From: Ostreococcus tauri
Taxonomy: Eukaryota
Assembly (NCBI GenBank): GCA_000214015.2
Contig: CAID01000001.2
Location: 770,208 to 775,440 of the forward strand
Direction: 5' to 3'
DNA length: 5,233 nt
Position 1 is the first letter of the stretch; each line of letters begins with the position of its first letter. The position numbers and the translations under genes were made by a program. The notes under the pieces are model-generated. The model had not been told where the DNA came from. It did not search any database and worked only from the letters and a program-made list of their open reading frames with translations. Positions 1-4,610 of this stretch are shown one piece after another.

Positions 1-67
1 CCGCCCCCCGCGCCGCGTCCTCGCGCTCGCGGTCGTCGTCGCCGAACGCGGACCACGGGTCGGACAT
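1..67 (-). CDS. Possible 5' end of a divergently transcribed gene (partial, continues past the window start)
   Basis: A minus-strand ATG (plus-strand cat at 65-67) is followed by 22 open codons to the window edge (MSDPWSAFGDDDREREDAARGA). These use the same GAC/GCG/CGC/GAG codon preference as the other genes. It would leave a 175-bp divergent promoter with the exostosin gene. It is too short to identify, and open frames are cheap in this GC-rich DNA. Confidence 0.25.
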   Translation of the reverse strand, partial: MSDPWSAFGDDDREREDAARGA

Positions 68-125
68 GTCCGGCGCGTCGACGCCGCCGTCGAGCGCCGT
101 CGACCGTCGTCGACGTCGAGCGCGT

Positions 126-195
126 CGCGGTGGTCGGACGTCGCGTGTCGAGTCCGTCGCGTGGTGACTCATGGCTCAAGACTCATGACTCAAGG
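126..195. promoter_or_regulatory. Upstream motif cluster A: CGCGGTGGTCGGACGT box, one GAGTC and three GACTC pentamers, including a 14-bp tandem duplication with two TGACTCA cores
   Basis: Box cgcggtggtcggacgt at 126-141. GAGTC at 150-154. gactcatgGctcaa at 166-179 is directly repeated as gactcatgActcaa at 180-193. TGACTCA at 165-171 and 186-192. The cluster lies 47 nt upstream of ATG 243, and the same architecture occurs upstream of the next two plus-strand genes. Confidence 0.5.
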
Positions 196-242
196 TGGCG
201 GCACGCGTCGCCGCGCGTCGCCGCGTGGGCGCGGCGCGCGCG

Positions 243-1811
243 ATGCATCGCCGACGACGCGTCGACGACGGCGGTGACGTCGAAGCCGCGGTCGAGCGCC
301 GCGCGTCGAGCGCGCAGGCGTCTCCGGCGGCGGCACCTTTTCGGCCGAGCAAAACGGTGATTACTTTCGCGATGACGACGGCGTTGGTGACGTTCGCGTG
401 CGTGAAGAATGACGTGTACGCGAAGATGCGGCATCCAGAATTTTACAAGACGGTCGATGCCGCTCGCGGCACCGCGCGTTGGGTCATCGAGGAACGCGTG
501 AGCGCGTGGAACGGCGTCGGCGCGCACGCGGCGGAGTTTCCCGACGAGTTTGGTTTGAGGCGGGTGCGAAGTATGTGCGACGACATCGCGCGAGGCTCGC
601 TCGGCGCCGCGTATTGGCCTTTGAACGTGAACTCGTCTGGATTTTCGGATTCGCGCGCGCTTTGCGAAGCGCTCGACGATTTACCGGGCGCGTTACGGTT
701 GCACACGTTGAAAACGCCGAGCGTCATGCGGCTCAAGTACGCCTTCGCAGCGAAAATACCGACGTTTAATCGCGGTTACGGCGTCGAGACTTACCTATCT
801 CGAGAGATTGCTCGAGGTCCATTCGCGGCGCGGTCGTACAAGGACGCGACGGCGCTCTTCATCCCTGTCAGACCGTACCTACAGCGACTGCTCACGGTTG
901 AAGCGTACGTCATGAGGGACCCGATTAAAGGGACGAACAACAACGCCGCGGTTCGTCAAGCGATTCGAGATAGACTATCTCGCGACATTGAGCGCGTGAA
1001 AGCGATGAACACCCAGGCGTGGACGTCCAAACACAAGTGCGCGCGCGTCGTCATTACAAATATAGACATTGGACTCTCGGCGTTTGATTCGTCCGATGAT
1101 GAAGTCCGACACGGTGCCGTCGTGCTAACTGGCAACTCCGAATTGCCGATACAAAATCCAGAAGACGCCAAAGACGACCAGGCGAAACTGAGAAGAGCGA
1201 ACGCCGTGCAAGCTGGTTTTGATCCAGATCGTGACGTCGCGATTTGGTTCGGGATGTCGAGTCATCTACCTCGCGAAGTCGTGCGCATGGGCGCGCTCAA
1301 ATCGACGAACGTAAGAACCATTGAAGTTTCATTTCGAGGATCCATGTATCGGGGAGGCGTGCGACGAGTCGTGTTTCCAACTTTAAAGCAAGCCGGGGCG
1401 GGAAGGGGGTGGGACTTGAGTACGAGCGGACAAGACAAGCCGCGAGACTACATGATGTTGCTGTCCAAAAGTAGGTATTGCCTGTACGTGTACGGCGATC
1501 GCGCGCACACCGCACGGTTGTACGATATTATCACATTTGGTTGCGTGCCCGTGATTGTTGCGGACGGCTATGATCTACCATTCAGTTGGCTCTTCGATTG
1601 GTCGAAATTCAGCGTGAGAGTGCCCGAAGACGACGTAGCGAAGTTGCCAGGAATCCTCGACCAGGCCGATTACGATTCTTTGCGCGGAGAGCTCGTGAAG
1701 GTTCATTCATTTTTTCAATACCACGCGCGTGGAAGTGTTTTTGGCGACGCGTTCTGGATTACCATGTTAGGCGTGCGGCGGCAGCTCGCGAAGTGCGCGA
1801 CAAGCGCGTAG
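243..1811 (+). CDS. Exostosin-like glycosyltransferase (GT47 family), predicted type II membrane protein
   Basis: One uninterrupted ORF. The C-terminal half carries the typical exostosin/GT47 signature (FIPVRPY ... SKSRYCLYVYGDRAHTARLYDIITFGCVPVIVADGYDLPFSWLFDWSKFSVRVPEDDV ... FFQYH). The track start at 195 is GTG. The first ATG downstream of the promoter motif is 243. That start gives a basic tail (MHRRRR...) followed by the hydrophobic stretch KTVITFAMTTALVTFACV (351-404), which fits a Golgi-type signal anchor. ATG 372 is an alternative start. Stop is TAG 1809-1811. Confidence 0.85.
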   Translation: MHRRRRVDDGGDVEAAVERRASSAQASPAAAPFRPSKTVITFAMTTALVTFACVKNDVYAKMRHPEFYKTVDAARGTARWVIEERVSAWNGVGAHAAEFPDEFGLRRVRSMCDDIARGSLGAAYWPLNVNSSGFSDSRALCEALDDLPGALRLHTLKTPSVMRLKYAFAAKIPTFNRGYGVETYLSREIARGPFAARSYKDATALFIPVRPYLQRLLTVEAYVMRDPIKGTNNNAAVRQAIRDRLSRDIERVKAMNTQAWTSKHKCARVVITNIDIGLSAFDSSDDEVRHGAVVLTGNSELPIQNPEDAKDDQAKLRRANAVQAGFDPDRDVAIWFGMSSHLPREVVRMGALKSTNVRTIEVSFRGSMYRGGVRRVVFPTLKQAGAGRGWDLSTSGQDKPRDYMMLLSKSRYCLYVYGDRAHTARLYDIITFGCVPVIVADGYDLPFSWLFDWSKFSVRVPEDDVAKLPGILDQADYDSLRGELVKVHSFFQYHARGSVFGDAFWITMLGVRRQLAKCATSA

Positions 1812-1911
1812 ACGACCCGTAGAGGCTCGCGAAGTGCGCGACGAGGACGTAGTCACCCCGCAGAGGCACACGAAGTGTACGACGAGCGCGTAGACACCCT
1901 GTAGAGGCACG
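1784..1911. repeat. Tandem repeat, 41-bp unit x3 plus the first 5 nt of a fourth unit
   Basis: Units are 1784-1824, 1825-1865 and 1866-1906, then gcacg at 1907-1911. By hand alignment unit 2 matches unit 1 at 34/41 positions and unit 3 matches at 33/41. Unit 1 encodes the last residues and the TAG stop of the exostosin ORF. A TAG recurs at the same unit position (1809, 1850, 1891). Confidence 0.9.
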
Positions 1912-1955
1912 TTTCGTTTCAACCGCTCTCTGTCCGCGCGCGCCGTCGCGTCCGC

Positions 1956-2011
1956 CGCGGTGGTCGGGCGTTGGCCCCATCGACGAGTCACGACTCAGAG
2001 AGAGTCTCACA
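1956..2011 (+). promoter_or_regulatory. Upstream motif cluster B: CGCGGTGGTCGGGCGT box, 13 nt, then GAGTCACGACTCAGAGAGAGTCTCACA
   Basis: The box at 1956-1971 matches site A at 15/16 positions. GAGTC at 1985-1989, GACTC at 1992-1996, GAGTC at 2002-2006. The 29-nt block 1983-2011 aligns with 2574-2603 at 26 of 30 columns with one gap. It ends 57 nt upstream of ATG 2069, with no intervening ATG. Confidence 0.5.
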
Positions 2012-2068
2012 CCTCCGTGCGATCGCGCGATCGCGTGACATCGCGCCCGCGCGCTCGCCCCGCGCGCG

Positions 2069-2521
2069 ATGGCGGACCCCGGGACGTGCGTCGAGCGCGT
2101 CACCGCGGCGTCGATGACCTCCGCGGCGTTCGGTGCGGTGGTCGGGTGCGCGCGCGCGGCGTGGGGGGCGGATGCGCCCGCGGTGGTGCGCGCGCGCGCG
2201 CTCCCGGCGGTGACGAAGACGGTGACCGCGCTCGCGGCGAGCGCGGCGCTGTTCGGTGCGATCGGTGGGACGTACGCGGGCGTGACGTGCGCGTCGGAGG
2301 AGGCGAGACAGTCGAGAGACGCGTGGAACGGGGCGCTGGGGGGGGCGATGAGCGGCGTCGTGGTAGGTTTGCGAAACGGCTCGCTCGCGCACGCGGCGAG
2401 CGCGGGCGCGGCGTTCGCCCTCGCCTCCGTCGCCGTCGACGCGAGCGGTCGGAAGATTTCTTTCGGTGATGAGTGGGAGGACGGGGCGACGCCGAAACGG
2501 ATCTCGATACCGTACCGATAG
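2069..2521 (+). CDS. Tim17/Tim22/Tim23 (PRAT) family membrane protein, 150 aa, possibly Tim22-like
   Basis: ATG at 2069, TAG at 2519-2521. There are four Gly/Ala-rich hydrophobic segments and the family hallmark around the third helix (GGTYAGVTCASEEARQSRDAWNGALGGAMSGVVVGLRNGS ... GAAFALASVAVD). This corresponds to the R-x-x-x-D-x-W-N-x-x-x-G-G-x-x-G pattern of Tim17/22/23 proteins. All six frames are open here, so the frame choice rests on this motif match, the ATG and the position of the upstream motif. Confidence 0.7.
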   Translation: MADPGTCVERVTAASMTSAAFGAVVGCARAAWGADAPAVVRARALPAVTKTVTALAASAALFGAIGGTYAGVTCASEEARQSRDAWNGALGGAMSGVVVGLRNGSLAHAASAGAAFALASVAVDASGRKISFGDEWEDGATPKRISIPYR

Positions 2522-2540
2522 CCGCGCGCGCGAACGCGCT

Positions 2541-2545
2541 TGTAA
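2541..2545 (+). terminator. TGTAA candidate poly(A) signal for the PRAT gene
   Basis: TGTAA begins 20 nt after the TAG stop. UGUAA is the established poly(A) signal of chlorophyte algae such as Chlamydomonas. Its use in this organism is inferred. Confidence 0.45.
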
Positions 2546-2555
2546 GACCAACCAC

Positions 2556-2603
2556 CGGACGTACCATGAAATCACGAGTCATGACTCAAGGACGAGTCTC
2601 ACA
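2556..2603 (+). promoter_or_regulatory. Upstream motif cluster C: CGGACGT, 13 nt, then the perfect 12-bp palindrome GAGTCATGACTC, then AAGGAC and GAGTCTCACA
   Basis: cggacgt at 2556-2562. The palindrome gagtcatgactc at 2576-2587 contains a TGACTCA core. A third GAGTC lies at 2594-2598 and the motif ends tcaca at 2603. Spacing is the same as in cluster B. It ends 99 nt upstream of EXO1 ATG 2703, with no ATG in between. Confidence 0.55.
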
Positions 2604-2661
2604 ACGTGCGTCGTCGTTCAAACCGCGCGCGGGCTGTCGCATCGTTCGACGCGCGCGCGTT

Positions 2662-2681
2662 CGTTCGCGCGCGCGCGAACG
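2662..2681. repeat. Perfect 20-bp palindrome cgttcgcgcgcgcgcgaacg with an alternating-CG core, in the presumed EXO1 5' leader
   Basis: The reverse complement equals the sequence itself (checked by hand). It ends 21 nt upstream of ATG 2703. Any function is unknown. Confidence 0.85.
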
Positions 2682-2702
2682 CGGGCGCGACGGCGCGCGT
2701 GG

Positions 2703-4518
2703 ATGGGGATCAGTGCCCTCTTACCCGCGCTCAAGTCCATCGAGCGCGCCGCGCACGTGGGTGACGCGTACGGGGGCGCAAAGGTGTGCGTCGATGCCTA
2801 CGTGTGGCTCCATCGCGGCGCCTACGCGTGCTCCAGGGAGCTGTGTGAGGGCGTGAAGACGACGAAACACGTCGAGTACTTCGTGAACAGGGCTCGTGGG
2901 TTGAGGCGAAGCGGCGTGGAGGCGGTGTTCGTGTTCGACGGCGGGCGATTGCCGGGAAAGGCGGCGGAGGAGGCGCAGCGGAGACGAAACAGACGCGAGG
3001 CGTTGGATAAGGCGAAGACGCACGCGAGGAACGGGAACGCGAGCGCGGCGAACGAGTGTTACGTTCGAGCGGTAGATGTGACGCCGGAGATGGCGAGGGA
3101 GGTGATTGAGGCGCTGGAAAGGGAGGGTTTCGAGTGTTTGACGGCGCCGTACGAGGCGGACGCGCAAATGGCGTATCTGGTGAAGCATGGATTCGTCTCG
3201 GCGGTGATCACGGAGGATAGCGATCTCATAGCGCACGGGTGCAAGAGCGTGTTCACGAAGATGAGTCCGGATGGTTCGGGGATCGAGATCCGGTTCGAGG
3301 AGTTGGGGAAGAACCGCGGGATGAGTTTCGTCGGTTTCACGCCGCAAATGTTTCTGGAGATGTGCGTGTTGAGCGGATGTGATTACCTCCCTTCGCTCGC
3401 GGGCGTCGGGCTGAAGAAGGCGCACAGTTTAATCCGACGGTTCAAGACGTATAACAAGGTCCTCCGTCACATGAAGTTTGAGGGGATATCGGTGCCGAAG
3501 GACTACGAGGCGCGCTTTGTGGACGCCTTGATGACCTTCAAATATTCGTGGGTGTACTGTCCAAAGAGACAGAAGTTGGTGAATCTGAACGATCCGGCGG
3601 GCGTTTTAGACGAGAAGACGATCGCGGACTTGCCACGACTCATCGGGGGTGTGCCACCCGCCAGAGATCGCGAGAGCGGTGGCGACTAGCCAAGTGCACC
3701 CGATGACGTTTGAGGCGTTCGCGAGAGCGACTTCTGGTAAGTGTCCGGGACGAGTCTTTATGCAAGTTCTGCCGGTAACGAGCGCGCCCGCGTTGGATCC
3801 AGATCAAATTTGCGACGAGTTTAAGCGTCGGGAAGCACCGGCGGGAACGTCCGAGCCGTCGAAGGAAAGTGCCGCGTTCGCGAGCTTCCTCCGCGAAAAA
3901 CCGGAGGATGACGCGTACAGTTACAAGGCTGCACTCGTGCACACCGAGACTTCAAAAGCGGCGACAAAAACCATGAACCGATCGTTCTACGCCGCTCTGG
4001 ATGAGCACGAGAACACGGCGCCGAGCGATAATACCAGGCGACGCCGGAATAGTTTAGACTCGCGCCAAGTCGCAAACGAAGTGCCGACGGTTGTTCCCGA
4101 TTCGGTCGAGAGACCGACGCCAATGCAGCGTTCTCGACTGCCCAAAGACATCTCCAACGTCGGCGGTCGAATCGTCGCCGAGACGCCAATGGCGCCATCG
4201 TCGGTTAAGAGGAGTCCGTATTTCGCGAACGCTCCGTCGACGTCAAAGGCAGTCACGCCCTCGGTTCGGTCCTACGCCGCAATCGCCAAGGACTCCATAG
4301 ATCGCGTGAAGCGGAGTACCGAGAGTGAGTTCGGTGCGCCTCCGCCGCTGAATAAGCGAACGGAGCGCACGCCTACGAGAACGACGCCGATGCGCGCGGC
4401 TAAACAGTCGCGAACGACCACCTCCGCTTCACGACGAAACGGCAAACAGCGCGAGAGCGGTGACAGAAAGTTTTGGCAGATGTCACTCTTCGATACCTTT
4501 ACGTTCGACGGTAAGTAA
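2703..4518 (+). CDS. EXO1: Exonuclease 1 (XPG/Rad2 family 5'-3' exonuclease), reading frame interrupted by an apparent 1-nt insertion near 3645-3660
   Basis: The N-terminal frame from ATG 2703 begins MGISALLP and has a complete XPG-N/XPG-I core with the metal-binding acidic motifs VCVDAY, VFVFDGG, APYEADAQMAYL, ITEDSDLIAHGC and LSGCDYLPSLAGVGLKKA. This frame stops at 3687-3689. The conserved post-nuclease segment (PPEIARAVATSQVHPMTFEAF) and a long Ser/Thr/Pro/Arg-rich tail continue in the +1 frame (about 3652..4518, TAA 4516-4518). The span is 1816 nt (3n+1), and removing one nt gives about 604 aa. The track ORF start at 2466 is a non-genic upstream extension. Confidence 0.9.
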
Positions 4519-4545
4519 TATTCGACTCGCGCGGGCAAGGCGCGA

Positions 4546-4550
4546 TGTAA
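4546..4550 (+). terminator. TGTAA candidate poly(A) signal for EXO1
   Basis: It begins 28 nt after the TAA stop, in the only AT-richer stretch of the window (4519-4610). Confidence 0.45.
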
Positions 4551-4575
4551 CAGATTGTTTCGTTGTTTCTATGAA

Positions 4576-4580
4576 TTACA
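4576..4580 (-). terminator. TGTAA (plus-strand ttaca) candidate poly(A) signal for the convergent minus-strand gene
   Basis: It lies 30 nt downstream of the minus-strand TGA stop (4613-4611), mirroring the arrangement on the plus strand. Confidence 0.45.
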
Positions 4581-4610
4581 TCCGGCTCCTCTGTGAGGAA
4601 AACCAAGCCA

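Noticed and set aside
62-167. The palindrome ggacatgtcc (62-71) also gives a plus-strand ATG at 66, opening a 33-codon ORF (66..167)
   Set aside because: The ORF is short and Arg/Ser-rich, and it ends inside the promoter motif cluster. The palindrome is probably incidental. Only the minus-strand reading, which runs out of the window, is kept, and only at low confidence.
130-769. ORFs 130..360 (+), 183..527 (-), 443..736 (-) and 479..769 (+)
   Set aside because: They have GTG-type starts, give Arg-rich junk translations, and overlap the promoter spacer or the exostosin CDS in other frames.
1784-1911. Whether the 41-bp repeats could be a CRISPR-like array
   Set aside because: The units are directly contiguous with no spacers, they are diverged rather than identical, they overlap a eukaryotic CDS end, and the locus is clearly eukaryotic.
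1960-2582. Multiple long overlapping ORFs on both strands (1960..2469 +, 1988..2575 -, 2100..2582 -, 1759..2103 -), giving Arg/Pro/Gly-rich products
   Set aside because: This stretch is extremely GC-rich, so stop codons are rare and all six frames stay open. Only the 2069..2521 frame gives a recognisable family signature (Tim17/22/23), an ATG start and a sensible position relative to the upstream motif and TGTAA.
150-2598. Reading the GAGTC/GACTC (GANTC) clusters as CcrM-type adenine-methylation or restriction sites
   Set aside because: GANTC methylation is an alphaproteobacterial system. Nothing here indicates a bacterial context or an associated methyltransferase, so a transcription-factor or core-promoter role is the simpler reading.
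2466-2702. The N-terminal 79-codon extension of the EXO1 ORF in the track (and 195..242 for the exostosin ORF)
   Set aside because: Exo1 family proteins begin with MG-I-x-x-L-L, which is exactly what ATG 2703 provides. The extension overlaps the PRAT gene 3' end, its TGTAA and the upstream motif. The start at 195 is GTG, which is not a eukaryotic initiator.
2721-3425. A 234-aa antisense ORF (plus 3059..3340 -) opposite the EXO1 nuclease domain
   Set aside because: The plus-strand frame matches the XPG/Exo1 family almost residue for residue. The antisense product is Arg/Leu/His-rich with no recognisable motif, which is the typical shadow ORF of a GC3-biased gene.
3649-3664. Repairing the EXO1 frameshift with a GT..AG mini-intron (gt at 3649-3650, ag at 3663-3664)
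   Set aside because: The interval is only 16 nt, far below any functional spliceosomal intron. Splicing it out also does not restore the reading frame, and it would delete residues that align with other Exo1 proteins. A single-nt indel explains the data better.
3640-4538. Antisense ORFs 3640..3942, 3821..4198, 3987..4256 and 4272..4538 (-), and 4091..4300 (+)
   Set aside because: They overlap the EXO1 tail frame, which runs 289 codons and ends with Exo1-like motifs. They have no independent support, and eukaryotic initiation would require ATG starts that most of them lack.
4511-4553. A consensus donor GGTAAGT overlapping the EXO1 stop codon (ggtaagtaa), with a possible acceptor at aacag 4549-4553
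   Set aside because: Splicing would append about 27 unconserved codons that run into the 3' end of the convergent gene. The unspliced product already ends a few residues after the PIP-like motif, as EXO1 does in other organisms. The GTAAGT is most likely coincidental.
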